NCBI GenBank assembly: GCA_041736175.1
Contig: JBGSUI010000126.1
Coordinates: forward strand, 1 to 64,000
DNA from: Oligoflexales bacterium
GTDB taxonomy: Bacteria; Bdellovibrionota_B; Oligoflexia; Oligoflexales; CAIYRB01
Length of the DNA stretch: 64,000 nt
Reading direction: 5' to 3'
The notes under the pieces are model-generated. The model was not told the DNA's origin. It ran no database searches and saw only the letters and a list, made by a program, of their open reading frames with translations. Every line of letters begins with the position of its first letter. Position 1 is the stretch's first letter. A program made the translations under genes and the position numbers. Below, piece by piece: positions 21,763 to 31,763 of this stretch.

Positions 21763-23663
21763 AACCTTTTTTTAATAAACAAATAAATCCCAGCGATCCC
21801 ATAAGTGGTGACGGGTCCACAGGACTCCTCGAAGCTGATGATTTTGCGACTTTGGTCAAGAGCAAGTCCATGGGACTCACCTACCTCTTTCGGTTTGCCG
21901 AAGGTTTAAAGGGCCCATTTGTCGGAGCACTTTTGCTTATGGTGTTGTCTTCGGCGATGGTCATGGCCTCGGCGAGGGTTTTAGGATCTCTCGTGGAAAT
22001 CTTGGTCAAACTCTACGGGGGCGGGGATACCCAAGGTGCATCTCCCAGCCGGGCGACTGCTTTTCCAATGATACCCACTATACTATGGATCTACGGAGCT
22101 TGTTTTTTGGGATTTGAGGTGACAGCGATGGTGCTTCAATATTTCGGGCGGATTCACCTCGCTAAAGCGACTATCGAGCTGACGTTTCAGGTGCGTTGCC
22201 AACTCTTCCAAAAAATCCAACGCCTGCCCATGAACTATTTCGATACCCAGCCCCTCGGTAGGATCATTACGCGGGTGACAGCAGATGTGGAAGGAGTGGA
22301 AACCTTTTTTCAGACGACCTTTGCCCGGGTGCTTATCGCCTTGATCAATATCGTCTCAGTCCTGGTAGCCATGCTGCTAACGGATCTCAAGTTTGGACTG
22401 ATTATTTTGGTTTGTAGCTTGCCAGCCTTGGCATTTACCTTAAGCTTTCGAAACGCTGTACGCTACTGGCTACGGACCTATAAACGAAAGGGTGCTTTCG
22501 TCAACGCCAAGCTTGCCGAGTATCTCAACGGAATCGGCGTGATTAGGCTTTTTGGCCTCGAGGACTGGAGTAAACGCTCGTTTACGGCAGCATCCCTTGA
22601 AATGCGCCATGCAGGTCTAAGGATCATGTTCTGGAACAGCATTCTGCGGCCGATCGCCATCCTGCTGTGTTCTTTTCCAACGCTGCTTATTCTCTATTGG
22701 GGCGGGCTCCGGGTCTTAGCGGGAACCCTTCCCATCGGAGCCCTTGTGGCTTTTGTTCGCTTAAGCGAGCGGTTCACCAGCCCCATTCGCACCCTGTCCC
22801 AGGAGGCACCTAATATCCAAGAGGCTCTCGTCTCGGGAGAACGGGTGCGTCGTATGCTCCTCGAAGGAGAAGAGGATGAGACCCTAGGTTCCGACGGCAC
22901 CCTGACCCCTGATTTGGTGGGAGACGTGGAATACCGTAAGGTGTCGATGCACTACCAAGGATTCCAAACGCTCATCCTTAAAGAAGTGAGTTTTAAAGTT
23001 AAGGCAGGGATGTCAGTGGGTATTGTCGGAGCGACGGGGTCAGGCAAGACCACGACGATCAACCTTTTACCCCGCTTTTATCCATTTCAGAGTGGAGAAA
23101 TCTTCCTGGATGGCACGTCGATCACAGAGATTTCGCGCAAACACCTAAGGTCACAGCTTGGATATGTTTACCAAGATACGGTCTTGTCCCGAGGGTCTAT
23201 CCGCAACAATCTTAAAGAGCTTTCGGGCCAATCAGACCTGAGCGATCGCAATCTCACCGAAGCCGCAGCTAAGACTGGACTGCTGCAAAGGGTCCAGGAG
23301 TATCCCCAGGGCCTCGATCTCGATGTGGGCGAAAATGGGTGTCGGCTGTCTATGGGGGAGCGCCAACTGGTCGCCCTGACGGGGGTGATTCTGCGTAGCC
23401 CACGGATCTTAATCCTGGATGAGGCGACGGCCCATATGGATGAAACCGTCGAAAAGCTTGTGCAGCAAGCGGTCTATGAAGTCATGGAAAACAGAACAAC
23501 ATTTATCATTGCCCACCGGCTATCTACGGTGAGACGCTGTGATCTGATTTTGGTGTTTGACCAAGGCCAAATTTGTGAGCAAGGCACCTTTGATGAGCTT
23601 ATGGGGGCCCGGGGGAGATTTCACCAACTTGTCACCTATCAGCAGGTTTTAGGCGTTTCCTAG
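21759..23663 (+). CDS. Heterodimeric ABC exporter subunit (MdlB-like)
   Basis: GATGSGKT, LSMGERQ, LDEATA, AHRLST; ATGA overlap with the upstream gene. Confidence 0.85.
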   Translation: MKPFFNKQINPSDPISGDGSTGLLEADDFATLVKSKSMGLTYLFRFAEGLKGPFVGALLLMVLSSAMVMASARVLGSLVEILVKLYGGGDTQGASPSRATAFPMIPTILWIYGACFLGFEVTAMVLQYFGRIHLAKATIELTFQVRCQLFQKIQRLPMNYFDTQPLGRIITRVTADVEGVETFFQTTFARVLIALINIVSVLVAMLLTDLKFGLIILVCSLPALAFTLSFRNAVRYWLRTYKRKGAFVNAKLAEYLNGIGVIRLFGLEDWSKRSFTAASLEMRHAGLRIMFWNSILRPIAILLCSFPTLLILYWGGLRVLAGTLPIGALVAFVRLSERFTSPIRTLSQEAPNIQEALVSGERVRRMLLEGEEDETLGSDGTLTPDLVGDVEYRKVSMHYQGFQTLILKEVSFKVKAGMSVGIVGATGSGKTTTINLLPRFYPFQSGEIFLDGTSITEISRKHLRSQLGYVYQDTVLSRGSIRNNLKELSGQSDLSDRNLTEAAAKTGLLQRVQEYPQGLDLDVGENGCRLSMGERQLVALTGVILRSPRILILDEATAHMDETVEKLVQQAVYEVMENRTTFIIAHRLSTVRRCDLILVFDQGQICEQGTFDELMGARGRFHQLVTYQQVLGVS

Positions 23664-23926
23664 GCGTGGATTTAAGAGCCCAAAAACTGCCTAAAAAATG
23701 CATAAAAATTGGTGATTTTTGTTTAAACTTTTTACTTTACGCTTGATGACCCAGGGTCTCGCTGCGAAATTTCTTGAGGATTTTGCCACCGTCAAAGTAA
23801 GCACAGTTTTTGCACTGATAGATAGATCACCAACAGAATTGTATTTGTTATGAAATCTTTCCCGTTCCCATACCCATTGTTTCAATGGTTTCAGGGTGTC
23901 TAAACATCTTTATGGGGAGACTAGAA

Positions 23927-24829
23927 TTGAAAGTAACAAACAAAACGGGAATGATTGTGAGTTTGGCATGTTTTATGGCGACTCTGGGATTCTATGGAAC
24001 CCTGGGCTGTCATCAGCCAGCGACCGAAAGCAGTTCGGAGGTGATGGCTGTAGATTCCGGAGCACAGATTACGGGGCGTACCTCCATGGGTCCACGTGAT
24101 GGCTACCAGTGCCAACCCTATTATTCCTATACAGGAGATGAACAGGTCGAAGGCCGCTGGATTGCTGGTCTAGATGGTAAATCTTTTGGGAGCCTCTATG
24201 ATGCAGAAGGCCCAAAATTGGGTCAGCTGGCTTGCAATAATAAGTTTACAATCACCTACAATGGCAAATGTGAAAACTTTATCGTTATGGACCGCATCTG
24301 GGAAAATGATGGAGCAGGTGAGCAAACCTATAGTGATAAGGGCAATTCTTTGAAAAAAATCAATGGCAAGGGGCCAGGCTACTCTCAGATGGATATTGCA
24401 AATGGGCCCTTCCAAAGCCTTTTTCAAGGCAAGAATCCAGCCGTCGGGAGCTACCATATCAACCCCGGTGCTACCTGTCCTACGGGGGGAGTCACATCGC
24501 AGTCACCTTCCCAACCGGTGACAGGCTCCCCTGGAATGCAAGGTGCCTCGCCACCAAACGCTGAGACCAGCAGTGGTTTCAATGCAGAGGCCGGTTTTGG
24601 CGCTCCCAATTCCTTAGCTGGGACTGGGGTTGGAATGCCGACGACGACTCAGTCACCAGTGGCGACAACCTCACCACAACCCCCACTTTCTACGCCTGAT
24701 TTCCCAAATTGTATCAACAGGGATTACTGCTCAGAAGCCTGGGGGTGGCATAAACAGGGTGAACATGGCTGTAACGCCGGAAGCCCTGGGTGGATTCAGG
24801 ACCAGAATGGATGTAGCTGTCGGTGCTAA
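23927..24829 (+). CDS. Lipoprotein with RlpA/expansin-like double-psi beta-barrel, Pro/Ser/Thr linker and Cys/Trp-rich C-terminal module
   Basis: Lipobox TLGC; ACNNKFTITYNGK...VMDR...MDIANGPFQSL DPBB pattern; PNC...WGW...C tail. Start uncertain (23885, 23927 or 23951). Confidence 0.55.
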   Translation: MKVTNKTGMIVSLACFMATLGFYGTLGCHQPATESSSEVMAVDSGAQITGRTSMGPRDGYQCQPYYSYTGDEQVEGRWIAGLDGKSFGSLYDAEGPKLGQLACNNKFTITYNGKCENFIVMDRIWENDGAGEQTYSDKGNSLKKINGKGPGYSQMDIANGPFQSLFQGKNPAVGSYHINPGATCPTGGVTSQSPSQPVTGSPGMQGASPPNAETSSGFNAEAGFGAPNSLAGTGVGMPTTTQSPVATTSPQPPLSTPDFPNCINRDYCSEAWGWHKQGEHGCNAGSPGWIQDQNGCSCRC

Positions 24830-24932
24830 ACAAATTTAGACTTCATGCCTTCCATCAGGGGCTCGAAGCTATTCCTTAAAATCTAGATTTACATATCCAA
24901 TAGATGGTCCGAGGGCACGAATCTCGAGAATC

Positions 24933-25715
24933 TTAATTGTCCTCGGATTCTAGATATTTTTTGATGAAATCTGCAACCACGGCAATCTGTGTATGGGCCA
25001 CGATGATCGATAGATTTATCTTAGGGTCGATCGTTTCGGAATTGGTCCTGGCTGCAATGCCGATAATGACGCCCTCTGCATCCAGCATGGGTCCGCCTGA
25101 ATCGCCGTGGGCAAGGGCGACATCTGAGCCCGTTGGCTTATTGAGCCCTTGGGGCATAGCGTCGCGTATGCCGCGGGAATAGATAAAGTGATCGTCTAGG
25201 TAGGATATTTGAGTGGTGCCCATGCGTTTAACACCTGATCCGGTGACGATTTCCCTTATTGCCGTGTATTGATTGCCCCCAAAACCTACCAGTTTGACTT
25301 GGTCGCCTTTTTGGGGAAGTTTAGCCGCAAAGTCCATGGGAACTGCATTTTTGACCTCACCATCAAGCTTTACCATGGCTACATCAAAACGCGGTTGGCC
25401 CCTATACTCAGGATGGATTATAATCTCCAGGCTGCGCAGTCCTGCGGGGCTGGCTAACCTGATCGTCCGATCCTGACCCGATTTTTTGTTTTTAACACAA
25501 TGTGCGGCTGTCAGAAGAATCCTTGGCCTAATAAGGCTTGCGGTGCACCTTGACGGTGTTACGCTCCCTGGTTCTTCACCTTGGATCATAAACACGCCCT
25601 GATCCCCTAAATCCAGCAGTCCATTAGTCACTCGAGGTGATGAAAAGCTTTCAGGCCGACAACTGCATAGAATCGCAGAAAAACATACAAAAACCAATTT
25701 TGGAACACTACCCAA
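24933..25715 (-). CDS. Trypsin-like (S1) serine protease, lipoprotein
   Basis: LTAAHC, FDVAM, GDSGGP; likely TTG start at 25715 with GAGGA RBS and LCSC lipobox. Confidence 0.9.
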   Translation of the reverse strand: MGSVPKLVFVCFSAILCSCRPESFSSPRVTNGLLDLGDQGVFMIQGEEPGSVTPSRCTASLIRPRILLTAAHCVKNKKSGQDRTIRLASPAGLRSLEIIIHPEYRGQPRFDVAMVKLDGEVKNAVPMDFAAKLPQKGDQVKLVGFGGNQYTAIREIVTGSGVKRMGTTQISYLDDHFIYSRGIRDAMPQGLNKPTGSDVALAHGDSGGPMLDAEGVIIGIAARTNSETIDPKINLSIIVAHTQIAVVADFIKKYLESEDN

Positions 25716-26023
25716 GGTTGTTTCCTCAATATTATTGATGGAGTGGAGAGGGCAATCAGCCATTTGAGGCAGCATCAAAGGATTCAGCCCCTTGAGGCGC
25801 TTCACCACGCAAACTCCCCTGCAAAAACTGATCCGCTTTTTTGAACAGATGTTCGCCCGACCTAGCATTCGACATGTATTCGTTGGCGAGGCTCCCAGAA
25901 TTGGATTAGTTGGCGGGCGGGCGGAGAATCGTAATCGTAATGCACTTAATACTTTTTTCTCGTCGTCATAGCATTTTCGAACTAGGCAATTACGATGCGT
26001 GCGTTCCGCTAGCTCATTAAAAA

Positions 26024-27181
26024 TCAACTCCTAGGTGGATTTTTCGCAATAAACAGAGATAAGAGTGGATCCGAAATTCGGTATCCCATGTCCAACTCCC
26101 ATTCTAGGACTCCCAGACGTATGAATTTATCGATCGACTTGCTAATACTGCTGGCATTGCTCATAACATCTTTTATAAATTCATTGGAATTAGGTGCCGA
26201 AACATAAGTCCTTTTGGCAACGGCATGTAGTATGGCTTTTTCTTTGATGGAATAAGGCGCTAAATGATAACGATAGGTCTGTTGCTTGCCTTGAAGCAGT
26301 CCATGAATCGAATTCCATGCGTCACTTGAACTTATAATTCCTGATAAGTTGGCATCATGTCTAAACCAAAAACCGACTTCCGATATTGCGTTTGGGACAT
26401 GACATAATCGTTCGCAGATTTCGCCCAGCGTTTCGATGGAAATACTCTTGTTGTGCGCCTGTAGCCTTATATTAAAGTACTCATGCCAATCGCTTACCGG
26501 GATCGGTGGTAAACTAATCTCATCGCCAAAACTAAAGAAAGGTGCATGAGCAGAAGCGAACATTTCGGTTAACAGCTGGCGCTTTGAACCGGAAATCAAC
26601 GTTGGAATTTTTGTAATTCTCTGCAGATGACTACGCAAAATTCCTTCTGCTTGGGGTACAAATTTGATATCTTGAAACTCGTCAAGCACTAGCAGGACGG
26701 GATGTTGCTTGCTTATGTTAAATAAAGCCGCAAAATATTCTTCAATGGTTTTCTGCTCTTTGCCTAGCTGACCTTTGATAGACGCCGAAGGCTGGCCTGT
26801 CATAGGATCTATATCAAAGGTCAACGACAGGTTTTTAAAATAGTTTGCCATCGATTCAAAAAAGCCACGAACTGGTGACTTTGAGCGAAGGGACTTTGAG
26901 ATGGATTGAGTCAGGCGCTGCTCTATGGACGATAGATCAATGACATCCATAAAATCTACATAAAATAAAAATCCCCCTTTATGAGTTTCCAAGAAGTCAG
27001 CTGCTAGGACGTTCTGCATAAGTGATGTTTTGCCATATCGACGAGGCGCATAGATGACGACCTTCTGACCACGAGAAATCATACGGCCAATGGCCGCTGT
27101 TTCCGATTTTCGATCGCAAATGTTACACCGATCTACTAATGTATCATATTGAAATTCACGATTAATTGTCTTTTTTGCCAT
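26024..27181 (-). CDS. AAA+ ATPase (ATPase_2-like) with C-terminal winged helix
   Basis: ICDRKSE, APRRYGKTSL, VLDEFQDI, ISGSKR, YRISDPLL; AT-richer than its neighbours. Confidence 0.85.
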   Translation of the reverse strand: MAKKTINREFQYDTLVDRCNICDRKSETAAIGRMISRGQKVVIYAPRRYGKTSLMQNVLAADFLETHKGGFLFYVDFMDVIDLSSIEQRLTQSISKSLRSKSPVRGFFESMANYFKNLSLTFDIDPMTGQPSASIKGQLGKEQKTIEEYFAALFNISKQHPVLLVLDEFQDIKFVPQAEGILRSHLQRITKIPTLISGSKRQLLTEMFASAHAPFFSFGDEISLPPIPVSDWHEYFNIRLQAHNKSISIETLGEICERLCHVPNAISEVGFWFRHDANLSGIISSSDAWNSIHGLLQGKQQTYRYHLAPYSIKEKAILHAVAKRTYVSAPNSNEFIKDVMSNASSISKSIDKFIRLGVLEWELDMGYRISDPLLSLFIAKNPPRS

Positions 27182-27212
27182 GGAGCGCCCTTGTCCTTGT
27201 CCTTGATATGAT

Positions 27213-27254
27213 GCTTTTAGCATAACGCTTTTAGCATAACGCTTTTAGCATAAC
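27213..27254. repeat. Three exact tandem copies of 14-bp GCTTTTAGCATAAC
   Basis: Copies at 27213, 27227 and 27241, 30-70 bp upstream of the ATPase start; a CCTTGT-type 6-bp repeat (2 exact copies plus 1 variant) lies at 27189-27206. Confidence 0.95.
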
Positions 27255-27378
27255 CAAGACAGTAAAAAAGCGTGTATCTCCACCCACCGCAGTGTTTCTT
27301 CCATAAGGGCAAAAGGCACCTTGCATGGGTGCCTTGAATGGATGTAGCTGCCGTTGTACATCAGGCTTCCGGCATCGG

Positions 27379-29394
27379 TTACCAGATTTTGACCACCTCC
27401 TTAGGGGGAAGGACCATGGCATCCTGGGCACGACATTGAAAGGCTTTGGCAAATGCAGGCTGGTTTTTGAGCTGCTGATTGACCCGAGCCACACCTAAGG
27501 AGTGGGGGTCGGTCTTAAGGAGCGCCTCCCTGGTTTTGGGGAGCATCACTTGGCACCAGACTCGGGCATATTGTAGGAAAAAAGCCTTTTTCATCTCGTC
27601 TGAGCCCTTCCCCTCTGGGAAAGCAGCGTTATAGGCAAAGGTGATGCCGGTCAGATCGCCGATGTTTTCCCCTAAGGTAAGTCTGCCGTTATGTCCGATG
27701 GCATCAAATTGTTTGACAAGCTGCTGTCCCCTCTCTTTAAAGTTTTTGAGATCAGCCTCCGACATCCAGGGGACGAGACGGCCCTCGGCGTCAAACTGGG
27801 CTCCTTGATCATCAATCCCATGGCCCAGCTCATGACCAATCACCGAACCCACGGCACCAAGGTTTACCTCGAGGGGCAGTGCTGGGTCGTAAAAAGGGTA
27901 CTGCAAAATGCCGATGGGCATCACAAACTTATTATCTCCCGCACTATAGTAGGCATTAACAGTTAAAGGCCCCATCCCCCAGCGGGTAGGATCCCGTTTT
28001 TCTTTGAGCTCTCGCAGCTCCCTTTCTTGTAATTTAAGGGCTCTTGTTTCGATGTTGCCCTGGGGCTCCGTCTGGCTATAGGTGGCCTCAGGATTAAAAT
28101 ACCACTCGTTGTCGTTGCGTGGTTTGACCAGCTGGAGCGTGGCTTTTTCCATCTTTTTTCGAGCCCCGGCTTTTCCCTGCTCGCTGAGCCACTGGTTTTT
28201 ATCGATACCTATGATAATGGCTTTGCGGACTTGTTCGGCAAGGGATACAAACTTTTCGTCGGGAAAGTCAGGAAACAGGGTCGGCAAAAGCTCGGCATCC
28301 AGCTCTTTGGTAAACATCTCCATCACCTGTGTGGTGCATCTCTCCTCCCGGACGGGTCGGGTCTTAGGTGCTCCGAGGTAGGTGACATTGAAGTTACGAT
28401 AGGTATTGTAGAAGGAGGCATAACCATCGTCTAAAAGCGAACCAAGGCTAGCAAAGAGGTAAACAGATTTTAGAGTCTCCAGGTCCTCTCGGGACAACCG
28501 ATCATTGAGCCAGGCAAAGGTTTCGGGGGTCAAGTGCCTTACAACCGTGGCCTCAGGGACCATTGGCAAAAAGTCGTCCAAATGAAACGTAGGATATTTG
28601 AGGACGAGATCGTTCCGACTGATGGCTGATTTTTTGACGATGATCTCTCGCCATTCCTCGGGGAGCGGGCTGATTTTAGCAAAGGCGGTTTCAAAATTCA
28701 AAACCGCAGTCGCTCGCTTAGCGCTGTCTTTATAGCCAAGGGTTTGGAAAAACTGGGTGAGCACCATGGTGTAATCGAGCCGCAGTTTAGGATTGTCGTA
28801 GTAGGAGCGCTCCGGAAGGGTCATGGCATTGGCTGTAAAATAAAAATCCGAGTCCTCTGGACGATCTTGGTTGGCGATGCCGCCGATCTCCAAAAAGCTG
28901 GTGCGGGCGGCTAGCCGCTCATCACCGAGGAAACGGGCAAAAGCTTTGTGGTCCTTGATTGCAGCCATGCGTTTGACCAGGGAAGCCACACGATTTTTGG
29001 TTTCTTTTTCCGCAGACTGGGGGTCCATGCAGGCGTTATAGACGGTCGCAAGGGTGTTGGACCGGGTGGACAATGACGTACCCTGGCGGGAGGCTGTGGC
29101 GACCCCCTTGAGGTAGGCGGTTTTCTTAGCGAGGAGACGTTCGGAGGAGTCATTAAAGGCAAAGGTATGTTTGGAGCGATCGGGTCTTAAGGCAAAACTG
29201 TCAATCGCTTGGTTGCAGGCATAGGCGTAGAAGTCCTGGCAGGGATTGGTTTGGGGATCTACAGGAAACTCCCGCCGCTCGGGAATCGAGCTGGAGGGCT
29301 CTGGTTTGGCTATAACGACTCCTCCCAAGACGAATAGAGGAAAAGTTACTATGGCAGTTAATAGCAAGTTGCCAAACTTGGAAAGTATAAGCAT
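27379..29394 (-). CDS. M13 family (neprilysin/PepO-like) metallopeptidase
   Basis: PCQDFYAYAC, VNAYY, GHELGHGIDD, GENIGD, DPHS. Confidence 0.95.
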   Translation of the reverse strand: MLILSKFGNLLLTAIVTFPLFVLGGVVIAKPEPSSSIPERREFPVDPQTNPCQDFYAYACNQAIDSFALRPDRSKHTFAFNDSSERLLAKKTAYLKGVATASRQGTSLSTRSNTLATVYNACMDPQSAEKETKNRVASLVKRMAAIKDHKAFARFLGDERLAARTSFLEIGGIANQDRPEDSDFYFTANAMTLPERSYYDNPKLRLDYTMVLTQFFQTLGYKDSAKRATAVLNFETAFAKISPLPEEWREIIVKKSAISRNDLVLKYPTFHLDDFLPMVPEATVVRHLTPETFAWLNDRLSREDLETLKSVYLFASLGSLLDDGYASFYNTYRNFNVTYLGAPKTRPVREERCTTQVMEMFTKELDAELLPTLFPDFPDEKFVSLAEQVRKAIIIGIDKNQWLSEQGKAGARKKMEKATLQLVKPRNDNEWYFNPEATYSQTEPQGNIETRALKLQERELRELKEKRDPTRWGMGPLTVNAYYSAGDNKFVMPIGILQYPFYDPALPLEVNLGAVGSVIGHELGHGIDDQGAQFDAEGRLVPWMSEADLKNFKERGQQLVKQFDAIGHNGRLTLGENIGDLTGITFAYNAAFPEGKGSDEMKKAFFLQYARVWCQVMLPKTREALLKTDPHSLGVARVNQQLKNQPAFAKAFQCRAQDAMVLPPKEVVKIW

Positions 29395-29435
29395 CGGAAC
29401 CTCTTTTTGGTCGTCAGTAAAAGTATTTGCTGGAC

Positions 29436-30161
29436 TTAGGCTAGCCCAGCATAGATGCGGTGTACATCGTCAAAGTCGTCAATATCTCCAAGAAACGCTT
29501 CCACTTCGGCTTTTTCGGTGGCACCGAGGCTGACTCCGTCTTTAACGATATAACTCAGCTCAGCCTTGGAGGCGGACCAACCCTTTTCAGCAAGCTGCTT
29601 ACCAACGAGGTCTAGATCTTCGGGGTTGGTAAAAAACCGGGCTCCGGTCTTGTCTGATTCCACTTCTCCCGCTTCCAGGGGCTCGACTTCTTGGGCTCCC
29701 GCTTCGATAGCAGCCTCTTCGATATCGAGAGAGGGGGTCTCGTGGGAGGCTTCGATGACGCCGAGGCGGTTAAACATCCAGGCGACGGCGCCCATGGAAC
29801 CCAGTTGTCCTTTGCGAAAAAGCCGCCTGATTTCGGCTGCGGAGCGGTTTTTGTTGTCCGTAAGGCACTCCACGATCACGGGCACGCGGTGGGGTGCGAA
29901 TCCCTCGTAAGTCACCAGTTCGTAGGTGATCGTGCCGTCGAGGAGTCCTGCGCCTTTTTTGATCGCCCGTTCGATGGTGTCCCGTGGCATTGACTGCTTA
30001 CGGGCTGCTTCGACGGCCGCTCGCAGCCTGGCGTTATGGTCCGGGCTGGGATCCCCTAAGCGCGCAGCGACCATGATTTCCTTGGCTAGCTTACCAAAAA
30101 TCAGCCCTTTTCTAGAGGCTGAGTCCACTCGACCGGCATGTTTCCATTGTGCGCCCATCAT
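29436..30161 (-). CDS. yebC: YebC/PmpR family protein
   Basis: MGAQWKH, SMPRDTIERAIKKG, YEGFAP, TDNKNRS, DDVHRIY. Confidence 0.95.
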   Translation of the reverse strand: MMGAQWKHAGRVDSASRKGLIFGKLAKEIMVAARLGDPSPDHNARLRAAVEAARKQSMPRDTIERAIKKGAGLLDGTITYELVTYEGFAPHRVPVIVECLTDNKNRSAAEIRRLFRKGQLGSMGAVAWMFNRLGVIEASHETPSLDIEEAAIEAGAQEVEPLEAGEVESDKTGARFFTNPEDLDLVGKQLAEKGWSASKAELSYIVKDGVSLGATEKAEVEAFLGDIDDFDDVHRIYAGLA

Positions 30162-30252
30162 CTCTCCCTTCCGGCTAAAAATCCTCACTCTTTGTCACTT
30201 AGAATCGGGTCCCCTGTCAATGGGTAGGGCGACTTAGGGGTGGTTGTACCGA

Positions 30253-31725
30253 TCAAGGAGACTGTTGCAAGCCGTCTTGTTGTTCCCAAAGAGCTTGGAG
30301 AAACGCAGCCACGGACCGACAGGCGGCCTCGGGGGATACTCCGACGGGAGGGGCGATCACCGCAGCCATGTCGGCGACCGACCGCTTACCATCGATCAGG
30401 TCGAGAGTTAAAGAGAGGATCTTATGGTGGTGGGCTTGGTTTTTAAAAAGCGTGTTTCGGGGGATGGAGATCTGGTGGTCGATCAGCCAGGGTGGCCATT
30501 TACCTAGGCTTGAGGATTGGGTTCCCCTAGCAGGATTTCCAACAAGTGGTTTGCGGGCCCTAAAGACGAGGATATTTTCCCAGCGTTTTTGGGCCTCACA
30601 GGGTGAGTGGAGGTAAGGGATGTCTTTTTCCTGGGAGACTTGGACCTCAAAGCCAGCATCCTGGACCGCTGCCAAAAACTCCCCACGGCTCCACCGGTCC
30701 TGCGGAGCCCCCTTTTGAAAGGCTGTAGAACCCGCAAACGTCCAGAGGCCCCCAGGCTCAAGCAGATCAAAGATGCGGACGATGCTGTGCTGGGGGATTT
30801 CCGGCAAAATATCGATGATCCACGGGGTGATGATGGCCGCGAGGGACCCAGGGGAAAACGGCGGGTTTAACCAGTCTCCAGCCCATAGATGCAAGGGGAT
30901 TTTGAGGGGCTTAGTTTGCGGCAATCTCAGGGTATGCCTAGACCCGGTTTCGTAACCCAGCCGTGGTGCAACCGGCCATTCGATCAGGTCTAGAGAGTCC
31001 CCTGCGATGACCGTGGCACCGATATGTAATAGGTAGGGGTTGATATCAAATCCTACGAGGGCGCTCCAAGGAACCTCAGGGTCAGTCGCCAGATCCCAGA
31101 GGAGCCGTCCTGAGCCGCAGCCCGCCACCAGGCAGACGCCAGGTGGGCCGGGATTATCCTCGGACTTGGGGATCGCTGTGGGGCGGACAAGATCATAGAA
31201 TATGGCATTTTCTTCGCTTTGCCAGCTCCAGTCCCTGAGTGCATGGGTGCGGTATGACTCCAGAGTCTGTTGGTAGCTCATGGGATCAAAAAAAGCTTTC
31301 TTGGCCAGAGGGGGCAAGTGATCCTGTTGAGGCTGTGATCGCTCCCAGGTGAGGGACTCAGCCCAGTGTTGCAGGCTGGTGAGTTCAAATTTTTTTAAGT
31401 CCCGTTGGCGACTCATCCGTTTCAGGGTGATTTCGGTCACTTTTTTGGTTTCTAAGAGGGAGCTAGAAAGCTCCTTAAGATTTTTTTCTAGACATTCAAT
31501 CTCCTGGCCCAGCGTCTCACACCGGGTTTCAATACGGACCTTCCATTGGTCGTATTTCAAGCGTGAGTCCACAAAAAACCAGGGGATGCCGCCGACAACT
31601 TCCAAGTGCCAGGGACATTTTAGGCACCTCACATCGATGTCAGAGTCGTGATGGGGGATGTGACTCCCACACCGGGGGCAGGAAAACGGTCCGTGGGGGA
31701 GCCCTTTAAAATTGTTCGGTTTCAA
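30253..31725 (-). CDS. Class I SAM methyltransferase, N2227/carnosine N-methyltransferase-like, with N-terminal Zn-ribbon and C-terminal wHTH/PqqD-like domain
   Basis: CPRC...CLKC; LRDWSW; VAGCGSGRL; TPWIIDIL; LEPGGLW; LDLIDGKRSVADMA. Confidence 0.7.
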   Translation of the reverse strand: MKPNNFKGLPHGPFSCPRCGSHIPHHDSDIDVRCLKCPWHLEVVGGIPWFFVDSRLKYDQWKVRIETRCETLGQEIECLEKNLKELSSSLLETKKVTEITLKRMSRQRDLKKFELTSLQHWAESLTWERSQPQQDHLPPLAKKAFFDPMSYQQTLESYRTHALRDWSWQSEENAIFYDLVRPTAIPKSEDNPGPPGVCLVAGCGSGRLLWDLATDPEVPWSALVGFDINPYLLHIGATVIAGDSLDLIEWPVAPRLGYETGSRHTLRLPQTKPLKIPLHLWAGDWLNPPFSPGSLAAIITPWIIDILPEIPQHSIVRIFDLLEPGGLWTFAGSTAFQKGAPQDRWSRGEFLAAVQDAGFEVQVSQEKDIPYLHSPCEAQKRWENILVFRARKPLVGNPARGTQSSSLGKWPPWLIDHQISIPRNTLFKNQAHHHKILSLTLDLIDGKRSVADMAAVIAPPVGVSPEAACRSVAAFLQALWEQQDGLQQSP

Positions 31726-31763
31726 TGGAAGACCCCCCGGAGGGTTAGAAGGTGGTCACTTGA

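Noticed and set aside
20077..23663. Degenerate ABC motifs as pseudogenisation
   Set aside because: Asymmetric nucleotide-binding sites are normal in heterodimeric exporters.
25716..26027. N-terminal extension of the trypsin ORF
   Set aside because: Signal peptide and RBS point to a start at 25715; the extension has no recognisable features.
27213..27254. CRISPR array
   Set aside because: 14-bp units with no spacers and no cas genes; a simple tandem repeat.
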